The notes under the pieces were generated by a model, which saw nothing but the letters and a program-made list of their open reading frames with translations, was not told the DNA's origin and made no database searches. Of a DNA stretch of 64,000 bases, positions 1 to 11,888 are shown one piece after another (position 1 is the stretch's first letter; every line of letters starts with the position of its first letter). Made by a program: the position numbers and the translations under genes. Origin of the DNA: Novakomyces olei (lineage: Eukaryota). The stretch spans positions 310,001-374,000 of the forward strand of contig JADEYG010000003.1 of NCBI GenBank assembly GCA_016906335.1, written 5' to 3'.

Positions 1-1128
1 CAGGGTGATCAAACAAGAGCGACCCGTCATCATCCCTCAAATGACTAGCGGAAGATTTTGCATTCTCCGTCCGCGGGTAATGAAAAGAATGTGTAATGAA
101 TTTAAAAACTGGTGCCAAAGGCTTACAGGCAAAAGAAAACAAAACCTTTTTGTCTGCCTCTAGTGCAGTGTTTCGAGCGACGCAGGAAAGCACGGAGAGC
201 TCGACTACTGCCTTCTCCAGATTACGTCTGACCTGCATGTCCTTGAGAGCTTCAACAGGTGGATAAAACCGTGAAGACTCCTTGTCGTAACGGAAATAAA
301 GCAGTCCCATAATCTCGATAATCTCGGGTTCCAGCCCGACTTTCTTGGAAAAGAGTTGTCCAGCTGTCGCGTTTATTGTCCGATCTTCATCTTTGTTTAA
401 AACATTGAACGCATAAGTTCGCAGAAACGAAAAAGTAGTATACGCAGTAGGCGCCTCCGAGTTCCCCCACAGTGGACCTCGTCGTAATTTCCATACCCTG
501 TTTATTAAATAGTCTGGTAGGTAAGCCGGCTCCAGAGTCAGGGTAAGAGTCGCTCCCATCGTCACACCTTGGAACCGGAAAATCTGCTGCAAAGGACTTT
601 TCTGCTCATTGTTTTGATCATTTTTAATTTCATTGGTTTTAATTTCATTTATTTTCGCTTCATTGTTTTCCAATTCACTATTGGTGCCATTGCCAGACAC
701 TTGCTCATCTTCCAGGGCCAAGCGAAACAGTTCAAGGGCATTGCTGCTGCCTGCCGCATCCAGTCCATCGTCTCCGGCAATCAGACTCTCCGAGTATTCG
801 ATGTGCAGATGAAGACGGGTCGTTGAGCAGATCCCCCAAACACTGTGGGGGTCGCTTTGGTCGGGATCGGCTGATACAAACGTATGTCGGCGATCGATCG
901 TGCTCCACGGATTGGCCCGTCTCAGAGTCGAGCTGCCAAACTCGTGCCGTTCCAGCAGATAGTATATATAAGGTGCACTCTAACAACGCGCTCCTTCTGC
1001 TCGTGGAACAGACCGCCCGGCTGCCCACGAAAAGAAGGCAGTAGATGGATTAGTTTTGCATTTACTCAGGTCATTCATACTTTTCCAGCTTCAAGGTTCT
1101 GTATTCTCGTCTTTGTGACCTCGTCCAT
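1..1128 (-). CDS. Uncharacterized protein, partial (3' end runs off the left edge of the window)
   Basis: Minus-strand frame is open from 979 to 1 (~326 codons: SAPYIYYLLERHEF...LEPAYLPDYLINRVWKLRRG...FDHP), so it is absent from the ORF track. Likely first exon ATG1128..1081 (MDEVTKTRIQNLEAGK), then a GTATGA..TAG intron 1080-980; acceptor choice is uncertain. Family not recognised. Confidence 0.7.
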
Positions 1129-1636
1129 GCCTGAATGGCACAATCGTGGTCGAACGAGGACAAAGTCTGGGCGAGTGCCAATTAAGCTCACTGCATCAGA
1201 TCGGTCGTGCCGTGTACGCACCTGTGTACGAGCACATACGTAAACCTGATTATGGGATAATCGGATTATTCAAATGTGGCGATACGCAGACGGGCCCCGT
1301 CTGCGTATCGACTAAAAGTTGGTAATTACTGATACTGTAGTAGATGAATAATAATACAAGAATATAAAATACAAGAATAATAGAAGAATAGAAGAATAAT
1401 ACACTAATAACACAGTAATAATATGCTTACAAGGAAAAAAGAATAATACATTAACAAGAATAATAAGGATAATACTTGAATAATACAAGAATAATACGAA
1501 TAATAAGAATAACATACAACCCGAGCAAAATTGTGTGACCCGATTGGCTGCAAGAGCGGTTTACACAATTGGGGTCGTTGAACTCGAGCACGGATCTCTG
1601 CTGGTTCATACATTTTAAAGACTTTTTACGAAAACA

Positions 1637-2410
1637 ATGCTTTCACTCGAGCGGCCGTCGCACTATGAAGGCCGCGACACGCTGCTCGAGACAATTGACG
1701 GCACGTACGGAGGCGCAAAGATTGGACTAGGCGTTGGTCTAGTGCATGCATTAATTGCGCAAAAGCCAATGCTGCGTCCCGTTGGCAATGCCGTTAGTCT
1801 TTTTGGTATAAGACTGCTTTTATTGCTTTATAGTCTGCTAACGCATCCGGGTCAGCCGCCGCGTTTGGTGCCTTTGCTCTAGGCGAAGGTCTATCTGCGA
1901 ATATCCGTCGCTCTGACGATGCTTATAATGCTGCAGTGGGAGGTGCTTTGGCGGGAGCTGCTGCAGGAGCTTTAAAATGTGAGTTTTCTTTTATTCTGTT
2001 TGGAGCTGGAAACAAGTGTGTCGTGCCAAAAATGAATTAAACAGATCAACGGGAAAAATAAGAATTACGAGAATAACGTAAAGAGAAAACGTCACGGGGC
2101 GATTTAAAGGGAACTGGCCGTTTGAAATTTCAAATCAGCATTCTAACCGTTTCCAGATCAAAGGTTATCATGGGTAATCGGCCTGGCGTGCGGTGGAGCT
2201 GCTAGTCTTGGAATTTTCCGCGGGTTATCCGCCCGAACTCAGTCTTGGGCTGCAGATGGAGATTTGTTGCCAAATGAAAGGAAGGCATGGCACAAGGCAA
2301 CACTGGAACCGAGCGATCCTCTACCGCAAAGCGAGCTCTTTGCTCGTATCCGGAAGCCGTTCCCTCGTGCAATGGCGCAGTCGAGCGATCCCGCTTCGCC
2401 TCTTTACTAA
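1637..2410 (+). CDS. Tim17/22/23-family membrane protein, most like the mitochondrial complex I accessory subunit NDUFA11/B14.7 (fungal 21.3 kDa subunit)
   Basis: Spliced model 1637-1805, 1856-1978, 2157-2410 with GT..CTAAC..AG introns stays in frame. It contains GLSANIRRSDDAYNAAVGGALAGAAAG, typical of Tim17-family/NDUFA11 proteins. Confidence 0.7.
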
Positions 2411-2658
2411 GGACATAGTTTTATGTATTAATCAAACTGAATTTGTAAAAACGTGAAAGAAACTTGAACACTTCCAGTGTTTAATTAAATCTAATTTTGG
2501 ATTTACTACATTGCATTACACCCGATCAATCCTATACCCATCTCGGATTCATATCTCATTCAATTGAACTGAACGCTACATCATTATTTCCCTAATATCA
2601 TTATTGTTCATCAGAAAACAAACATTTAAATCCCTCCTCTCCTGTTCACTAAGCATAA

Positions 2659-3035
2659 TCAACCTTGTACACCAGGCCTTTTTGTAACCCATGCGAAAAA
2701 TACGCAAGCCGTAATAAAACCCACAAAATTAAAAAACTGAAGAGTTAGCTCCCATTTTTTTGGTCAAATCTCTTACCGCATGCCGTGAGTACTGCCGTTC
2801 TTCTTCTTCCGAGCGAAACGACGAGAACACTTTACGGATATTCTACACGTCAGTCTTTTAATCGTTTATATTTTATAAATTCCATAAAATTCGAGTCATA
2901 ACAAGCTTCTGCTGCCAAAAGAAGTAGTAAATAAACAGAGAAAACGAAATGTGCTTATAGCAATAAACTTACAGGGACGACTGATTTCTTGGGAGCGTTT
3001 GGAGCGTCTTTTTCGGCCGCAGCGCCGTCCGTCAT
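2659..3035 (-). CDS. 68-aa three-exon microprotein with a C-terminal hydrophobic segment (tail-anchored-like)
   Basis: Exons 3035-2973, 2842-2777, 2736-2659. Donors GTAAGT and GTAAGA, branch points CTGAC and CTAAC, acceptors TAG and CAG; both introns phase 0. Translation: MTDGAAAEKDAPNAPKKSVVPNIRKVFSSFRSEEEERQYSRHAFFNFVGFITACVFFAWVTKRPGVQG. Confidence 0.7.
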
Positions 3036-3158
3036 AGTTTGCTCGGCGACGCCTGTGTGCGACAAGTCCAATAATAATAGCTAAAATAATAATATTAATA
3101 TTATTTTTACGTAGCTCTTTTATACGCGATCCTTTTTATTATTCTTCCACGGATAAAT

Positions 3159-3296
3159 TATATTTTTATATTTTTATATTTTTATATTTTTATATTTTTA
3201 TATTTTTATATTTTTATATTTTTATATTTTTATATTTTTATATTTTTATATTTTTATATTTTTATATTTTTATATTTTTATATTTTTATATTTTTA
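3159..3296. repeat. (TATATTTT)n octamer tandem repeat, ~17 copies
   Basis: Perfect tandem array read directly, in the divergent intergenic region between the microprotein gene and AP-1 beta. Confidence 0.95.
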
Positions 3297-3603
3297 GGTA
3301 TTTACTCTTTCTCCATGTACCATACATAATACAATAACGTATCAGAAAGCAAAGCCATGATTATCGAGTTAAAGTTGTTGCCGTACAATAAATAAGTGTA
3401 GATAAAACAATGAAGAGTACAACACGAACGTTATACGCTACATTTATTCATCATACAATAGTTAATATATACGTGCAATATATAGTACAATATATACGTG
3501 CAATAAAACCCGGATAGTACGACGAGCACACGTACTCTGCCGCCAAACACTTTGTGCCAGAGCATCGGCGTTTAAATAAACACTAAACAAATTGCCGGCG
3601 GTC

Positions 3604-6245
3604 ATGTCCACTAAAGGCATTCGCGCCGGCTCTGCATTTGCCGTGTCGCGTAAAGGTAGCGGCAATATTTGATGATCGAGTAATTATTTGGCTGACTGCC
3701 GTTAGGCGAAACCTTTGAACTCCGTAGCGGCCTCGTATCCCAGTATGCTGGTGAAAGGTAGGAATGGCTTTGCAAATTCATTGACTAATCCGCCAGGAAG
3801 GAAACGATTCAACGGGTCATTGCGGCAATGACACTCGGGAAAGATGTCTCCGCTCTGTTCCCTGATGTCCTTAAAAACATCGCTACCCACGATCTTGCTC
3901 AAAAGAAACTGGTTTACCTATACTTGATGTATGCGCCTCTGTACATTTGCATTATTTGCCCTAAAAAGTCCTTTGCTTGTTTTACGTGTGCAGTTGAGGT
4001 GGCCCAGACCGTCTTTGCGGAATATATCTTTATTTTCCTTGTATTTACTGTTTGCCTCAGCCTTTGCACTGATAGACTGCCGCTATTGCCTTTTGTTATT
4101 GCCTTCAAGCATTTCGGAGCTCTTGGTGTTTTCGCTTTTTTGCTGATTTTACTTTATTTACGTGTTTTTCTACATTTATTTTTCTCCGTACTCGTTTTTG
4201 CTTTTTTATGCACAAATATGCACAAATATGTACGATGTACTCGGATGTTTTCGTGTTTGCTCCCTGCTCACCTCTGCTGAATCCTGCTTTTAATCGTCTC
4301 TTCTAATCCTTGTAGAAACTATGCCAAAACACACCCTGACCTCTGTATTCTAGCGGTGAACACGTTTGTCCAAGACTCTGAGGACCCGAACCCGCTTGTA
4401 CGCGCTCTTGCTATTCGCACAATGGGCTGTATCCGCGTGAGCAAAATCCTGGACTATCTCACTGAGCCTTTACGCAAAACACTGAAAGACAGTTCTCCGT
4501 ATGTTAGGAAGACAGCAGCAATTTGTGTGGGAAAGCTGTTTGATTTGGACGCTGAACGCTGCGTTTCCCATGGGTTTTTAGATGCCTTGCACGATATGAT
4601 TTCGGATTCGAATCCGATGGTTGTTGCTAATGCGGTAACAACGCTTTCCGAAATACAGGAAAGCGACCCGAAAACACGAGCCCTCGTGGTGGACAAAAAA
4701 GTGCTGGCAAAGTTACTTGTGGCCCTGAACGAGTGCACTGAATGGGGCCGTGTCTCTATCCTTGATTGTATTGCAGAGTATGAAACTGCAGATGCAGCAG
4801 AGGCTGAGCATATCTGTGAACGAGTTGTCCCGCAGTTTCAGCATGCAAATGCCGCTGTTGTACTCTCCGCCGTTAAAATCGTGCTTAAATTTAGCCAGAG
4901 CCTTGATCCCAGTGTGCAAAAACCATTGCTGAAAAAGATATCTCCGCCACTGGTCACACTCGTATCCTCCAAGCCGGAGGTTCAGTACGTGGCCCTTCGT
5001 AACATTAACCTTGTTCTGCAAAAATGGCCAAACATCTTGGCGGGTGATGTGCGCGTTTTTTTCTGTAAATACAATGACCCAGAGTACGTGAAGCTGGAAA
5101 AACTCGATATTCTTCTCAAACTTGCCAGCGATGAGAATTATGAGCAAGTAATGGCGGAGCTGAAAGAGTATGCGGCCGAAGTAGACGTCGATTTCGTGCG
5201 GAGGGCCGTTCGAACGATTGGTGATTGTGCGGTCAAGTTGGAAAAGGCGGCTGGATTGGCTGTCTCCATCCTGATGGATCTGATTCAAACCAAGATTGAT
5301 TATGTTGTGCAGGAGAGTATAATTGTGATAAAAGATATCTTTAGAAAGTACCCGTCTCGCTATGAAGGCATCATCCCGGAGCTTTGCAAATCGCTGGACG
5401 ATTTAGACGAGCCTGGAAGTCGTGCCTCCATGATTTGGATCATTGGCGAATACGCGGAAAAGATTGTAAATGCGGATGAGCTTTTACGTGCATTTTTGGA
5501 GAATTTCAGTGACGAGTACACGCAAGTGCAGTTGCAGCTGCTCACAGCAGTCATTAAACTTTACGCTAAAAAGCCTAAAAGCTGTCAGGACTTGGTACAA
5601 AAAATGCTGCAAAAGGCTACGGCAGAATGCGACAATGCAGACATCAGAGACAGGGCTTACATCTACTGGCGCCTGTTATCCGCTGATCCGTCGAGAGCCA
5701 AGTCGGTTGTACTCGGCGACAAACCAGAAATTGAGCTTGTGACTGAGCATTTAGAACCAAAGATTTTGGATGAATTACTGCGAGAATTAGCGCTTTTGTC
5801 CTCCGTTTTCCATCGGCCCGCTGCCACATTTCTGGCAACCCAAAAATCAAAAGGGCTTCGGAAACGTGCGATTGAGGAACAACAGCAGTTGGCCAGCGAA
5901 AACCCTATCCAAGCGACGTCTAAAGGTAATGTGGAGAATTTATTGGATTTAGAGGGCGACACTGACGCGGAAAATAATGGGGAAAAAGTCTCGAATACAA
6001 AAGAGCTGATGGAGATTTTTGGGGAGAGCAGCAGCAACAACGACAGCAGCAGCAATATTACGTCATTGGGACAACAGCCTCCGCTGCCCACTCAAGCCGT
6101 GGGCAACGGGTCGAATGCTTCGTCCGGGCTGGACAGTATTTTCGGCGACCTGAACCTGCAGTTTGAGGGTAAAAGTGCTCCTGTTGATAATGAGCAGAGT
6201 TCAAGTAAACGGTCGAATGGCGATGATCTGCTCGGGCTGTTTTAG
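3604..6245 (+). CDS. APL2: AP-1 clathrin adaptor complex subunit beta
   Basis: Exons 3604-3655, 3706-3757, 3797-3928, 4316-6245. N-terminus [50 protein letters not shown]...[41 protein letters not shown] matches fungal AP-1 beta adaptins; trunk ends in [13 protein letters not shown]. Confidence 0.92.
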
Positions 6246-6327
6246 CCGTGTTTAGAGGAAAAATTTGAGATTGTATTGGCATAAAGTCGGTTGTGCACTT
6301 GAAATATACATTGAAATAATAAACGAA

Positions 6328-6445
6328 TAAATATAACTATAAATATAAATATAAATATAAATATAAATATAAATATAAATATAAATATAAATATAAATAT
6401 AAATATAAATATAAATATAAATATAAATATAAATATAAATATAAA

Positions 6446-6481
<36 letters not shown>

Positions 6482-6806
6482 AAATATAAATATAAAAAAA
6501 AAAAAAAAAATAAAATATAAATATAAATATAAATATAAATATAAATATAAATATAAATATAAATATAAATATAAATATAAATATAAATATAAATATAAAT
6601 ATAAATATAAATATAAATATAAATATAAATATAAATATAAATATAAATATAAATATAAATATAAATATAAATATAAATATAAATATAAATATAAATATAA
6701 ATATAAATATAAATATAAATATAAATATAAATATAAATATAAATATAAATATAAATATAAATATAAATATAAATATAAATATAAATATAAATATGAATAT
6801 AAATAT
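6328..6806. repeat. (AAATAT)n hexamer array of ~480 bp interrupted by poly(A) runs
   Basis: Read directly. It produces the spurious YLYL/IFIF ORFs in the track. Confidence 0.97.
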
Positions 6807-6836
6807 CGCAAACATCACGTGAACGCGAACACCACG

Positions 6837-9267
6837 ATGGGCGTCGCGAATCTGCTTCCGCATTTAAAATCGGTCATTGAACCGTCACACGTACAAAATT
6901 TTCGGGGTAAACGCGTCGGCGTCGACGGGTACGTGTGGCTTCACCGTGGTGCGTTTGCTCACGCGGAAGAGCTGACTCTTCGGCCGACAAAGGAGCACAA
7001 GTATATAAACTATCTCCTCCATATGACGCGGGTAAGCTGGGCTGGACGAGGCGACGCGTAATGCCGATCTACGGGTCGTGTTTGCTATTAGGGCAGTTTT
7101 AATAGGCGGCCAGTATTAAAATGGTGGCAGTCGGTTATTTAAATAATACGCAACTGTGGAAAAATAAACAATAAATTCGATTGAAAAACAATAAATTCGA
7201 TTGAAAAAGAACTAAATCACAGTCGATTCAATCTAAAACTGTACAAGTCGATTTTAAAACCAATAAAATCGAATCGAAAATCAAAATACAGATTAATGCT
7301 AACGACAGATGCTGGAGCACTACGGAATCTGCCCTGTCATAGTCTTTGACGGCGGCCCGTTACCTTCCAAGAAGGCGACGGAAGAGCGGCGGGCGGCAGC
7401 GAGAGCAGACGCCCTTGATCGAGGCCGCCAGCTGTACTCGGCCGGGCAAAGAGCCCAGGCTATAGAGTACCTGAGAAAGGCCATTGATATAACGCCAGAA
7501 ATGGCACGCCGGGCTCAATTGCGGTTGGAGGAGACGGGTGTGGAGTATATCGTTGCGCCATATGAATCAGACGCACAATTGGCCTATCTTGCGGATTCGC
7601 ATTACATTGATGCTATAATTACAGAGGATTCAGATTTGGTCTGCTACGGGACCCGTGTCCCTTTAATATACAAATTGGACAGGTACGGGATCTGTTCCGT
7701 TGTGCGCCGCGAAAGTTTGTGTAAAAACACGGAAATAAGACTCGATGGATGGACCCGTTGTGAGTTGCAATGGCTCGCTGTCCTCGTCGGCTGTGATTAT
7801 TGCTCTGGTGTCCCTGGACTCGGAGTTAAAAAGGCAAATACTCTTATTCGACGGTACTCTGTGCCGCCGGCAAAGGGGACAGGGGACTGCTTTGAAAAGC
7901 TGCTCCGCCAGATCCGTGTAGGCACAATGTTCAGGCTGCCCAGGGGGTACGAGGCCGAGAGCCGACTGGCGCTTTTGACTTTTGCTCACCAAAGGGTTTT
8001 CTGTCCTCTGCAACAGAAGCTGGTGCATTTGTCGCCTCTTTTATTTGCAACTGGAAATGATGAAAATAATGGGAATAATGAAAATAATGGAAAATATGAA
8101 AACTCGAATGCCAATTGCGATATCAATAATAATAAGCACTGTGATAAACGTGATACTCAAACCGCTCCGAGTCTTTCGGACGAAGAAAACCGGCATATCG
8201 GTCCAGAGCTCAATAAGGAAACAGCGATAAACCTTTGCCGGGGCAAAATTGATCCAGTCACGTTTGAGCCCTGGACGGGCGTGCTTCGAGGTGGGCCAAG
8301 AGAAGATAATAATCGCAATAACGACAAGGACTATAGCAATAAAGGGTACTTGAAGTCAGACAAGAGCAGTGCGATAAAGCAATCACTGTCCGCGTCAAAT
8401 GGTTCTACAATCTACGATTTCTTTTCCCGCTCAAAAACGTCACCGAAAAGGTCTCCCTTGAAAGAAATTAGTACTGCACAAGCGGCAAACAAGCCGGGTT
8501 CGCCAACTCTTCCACAAAGCAGTTTAAAGAAGAGGAAAATAAACGTAAACGAGAATGGCACTCGCCCATCAAAAAAGTTTGACTTTAAAGCCAACAGGCA
8601 AACAGACATTGCCAGTCCGTTCTTCAAGCAAAGCGAAAACAAGAAGAGCCAGAAATCGGTTCACTGCTTACAAAATAAAAGTGGCCCAGTTCACACTGAC
8701 GAAATCAACGAAATCAATATGCCTTTGACGCCAAAGGCCAACAAAGACGCGGATTCGAGTGCGGAGAGTTTAACGGAAGAAGATTCGCCTCCACGACCAG
8801 TACGTCACGTTAAAATCCCGGGTGCAAATCCGACTTTTTCCGAACTGAGAACGTTCAGGTCCTCAGTGGAAACGGAGCAAACTGGGACGGTAAAGGATCA
8901 AGACCCAATGCAAACTGCCGCCACCTGGAAACGGGATTTTAGTATGTGTAACACACCTCTGCCTCAGCAAATAAAGAAGGCACAGCTCTTGACACCGTCG
9001 AGCTTGTCCTCGATAGGGAATAAAAGGCAGAGTGCTTCATTTAATGTGAGATTTTCCGAATCCTTTTCGCCGGGTGGTTTAAAGACACAAAGCCAACAAT
9101 CAACGGGGCCAAAGATGGCGAAACCTTTTGAGCAATGTTCTGATTATAGTAAACGGGAAAATGTGGACAGAGATACCGGTGGAGGCGAAATAGTGAAAGC
9201 GGTTCAGACTGAAGCGCGAGATGACAAAATTAATCGGTTGGGATGGAGCAAGTTTTGTTTTCGATAA
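6837..9267 (+). CDS. EXO1: Exonuclease 1 (XPG/Rad2 family 5'-3' nuclease)
   Basis: Exons 6837-7031 and 7309-9267 (GTAAGC..GCTAAC..CAG intron). MGVANLLP...[40 protein letters not shown] and GCDY motifs, followed by a disordered C-terminal tail. Confidence 0.93.
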
Positions 9268-9523
9268 AGCTTAAAGGCATTGAATACTAAATTATAATTG
9301 TATATATGAAATGCACTGAAAACAACGGTCTGAAAATTAACTGTGCGGCGAAATGCAATAAGCATAATAATTCAAAAGACTGAACGTATATATTGAATAT
9401 CTATATGTAAGATGATAAAGCCGTACTAACCGTACGAAAATAATACAAATGGCCGGTCAAGCAAGATCATAAAAACAATTGTAAAAACAAATTAAAAAAC
9501 AAAAGCGAACCGTGCAATTAAAT

Positions 9524-11100
9524 TTACGGTCCGTCGTGATCGGAAGCGTTTGAATCCTCGACGACAATATCGGCATGTTTTACTTCTGTGAGTTGGCCCA
9601 TAACTCGGAAATTCTTACTGTGGACATCGGTCCATTTAACTTTGCCAAAAGACGGATCATCGTATCGGGCCCCAGCAAATTTGCGCATAGCTAAAATCAT
9701 GAAAAATCTACCCATCCCGTGATCTTTGCATAATCCCTTTATGGGCTTAAACTCAAGAGCCAATGTGCGATCCATGCAGAGTGCATAATTGACTGCAACA
9801 AAAACGACTCGTAAAGCACCTTCGTTACTTTTGTTCGTAATCGCCGGGTTTAGTCTTTCTGCCTTAATTAACGGAGAAATAACTGACCATGAACTGGCAT
9901 CGTGCATGTATGAGGGCACAAATGTCTTGTGTACGAGATCAATGTCCCTTAAATTTGGTTCAAAGGCCCAAAATAAAGTCCGTGGGACGACTTTGACCGT
10001 CATACCCATGAATTCACATGGGACATTACGGCTATCGGGCTCGGTAACCCGGCGATTATGATCAGCAACGAGGATCTGCACAAGCCGTATTTCGTCTTCC
10101 TGACTCATTTTAGCATTAATGCCCTGTATATGGAGCACTTCAAAGTCGAATTTACGGCCTTTTTCGGCCAACTCTGACTGTAATCCCGATAAAAAGTCTC
10201 TGAAACTTTCCACGTGTTGAATACGATCCTCATACAAGACAATCGATTCCGCTTTGCTCGCCTGTGTGACTAAATCCCGAATTAAATTAAACTTAAATTG
10301 TAAGGTGGACGTAGCGGGGGCGACCGTCGGATTCGGCTTTAGTGCGATAACATTAAAATTCAACTGTCGACTGGCCACTATTTCTCTCACATAGTCGGCT
10401 AATTGCACGCCACGACCAGTGAGAAGGACTTTTAAAACCTCGGGATGAGAGTCCAAGTCGTGTATTCGATTAACTAGATCCTCGTTCCAGTAGCCGTCCC
10501 ATTTACGCTGCTTCTCCTCGTCCCAGCCCCGACCAAAGTGCTGGAAAACAACGGGATTGTGCCACCAGCCGCCTCCTTGCATTGCTGTCGATAAGTAGTT
10601 GGAAAAAAAGGTTAAAAAATAAAGAGAAGAAAATGAAATGATGAATGAAACGAGAAAGTAAAAGACAAAAGACAAACGGCAAAAAAAATTCAAAAAAAGA
10701 AAAAGAAAAAGAAAGGGGAGAATCAAACATCATCATATAAAAGTATCACGTCAAACAGGAAAAAAGACTATACATAAACCTGTACTGTAATTGTCACAGA
10801 TTAGCTCAATAGAAAAAAACATGGAAATTACAGTTCCCGTAATTTTCCGGACGTAAAGCAAAGAACTGAATCGTGCTTTCTGTACTTACCTGTTCCCGAC
10901 ATTATAATGTTGTACGAACTCGAGCCCCATAGCCGTCTAGAGGGCCGAGGCGTACGAAACAAGGTATTATCAAAATCATATATTTCAATGCGTTTAATTG
11001 CATTAAAATCATCAGTAAATCCTGCAGGGCCCTGGCGCTGGATCATCGACGGGGTCGACGATGACGTCGGTGCCGCAATTGCCGGTGTAGAAGAAGACAT
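9524..11100 (-). CDS. HAD-superfamily protein of the fungal 'Swiss Army Knife RNA repair-like' type
   Basis: Exons 11100-10890 and 10584-9524. HAD motif I YDFDNTLFRTP, GGWWH, WNEDLV, motif II LLTGR, LKP and motif IV YEDR. Confidence 0.8.
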
Positions 11101-11888
11101 AATCAGAAATTCTCTTGTCAAAACTTTCAAAGCGGATCTAAACTGCAGCATTCAAAGATGCACGGACATTTTGGGATTTTTTTTGGGTCTGACGCACGCG
11201 ATTGTGTCTGACGATCAAAGGTCTGCCGCCGTGGGATCAGTGCGTGCAACAGTTTATGATTGGAGAAATCGTCTATAAAAATACCAAAAATATAATTGGA
11301 TATATAATATACAAAATAGTATGTGATTGATGTAGATAAATTTAAATAAAATAAATAAAATATAAACCAATAATTATAGTATGTATTGGATCATATTAAA
11401 TGCTTTTATAAACACTAAATGTATTAGAACAACGTGAAATTTATCAACTTCAAATTACCAACATAGATTATTACAGTTTTTTATGGATACACTACGACGC
11501 TGAGAAAAGCATTATATCCAAAATTGCTTTGCCTATAGAAGAATCTCTGTTAAAATCATGGATATTGATTCATACTACAACTCGCTCAGAGCCAAGCATA
11601 GTATGCAATTTATACTGTTGTCAAGACGTGTAAAAAGCTTAGAAGCGCGCAAATTTATACTATATGTGGAAATGAACATTATTCGTAACAAATCAGCATT
11701 ATAAGACACATAAAAAAGGCTCCATTTCATGACCAACCCCTACCTTAACCCCGAGCAAGATATATAAAAGACGTGCTTCAAGAAAAGCAACATTAAGACT
11801 ACGTAAATGAACAAAAACTAAATACAATGGTGTATCGTATGAGATATAAAGCAGGAAAATAACAGAAAACCAAGCGCCAGCTAATTAA

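Noticed and set aside
6242-6863. 189-aa and 203-aa minus-strand ORFs (YLYL/IFIF)
   Set aside because: They are translations of the (AAATAT)n array and have no coding character.
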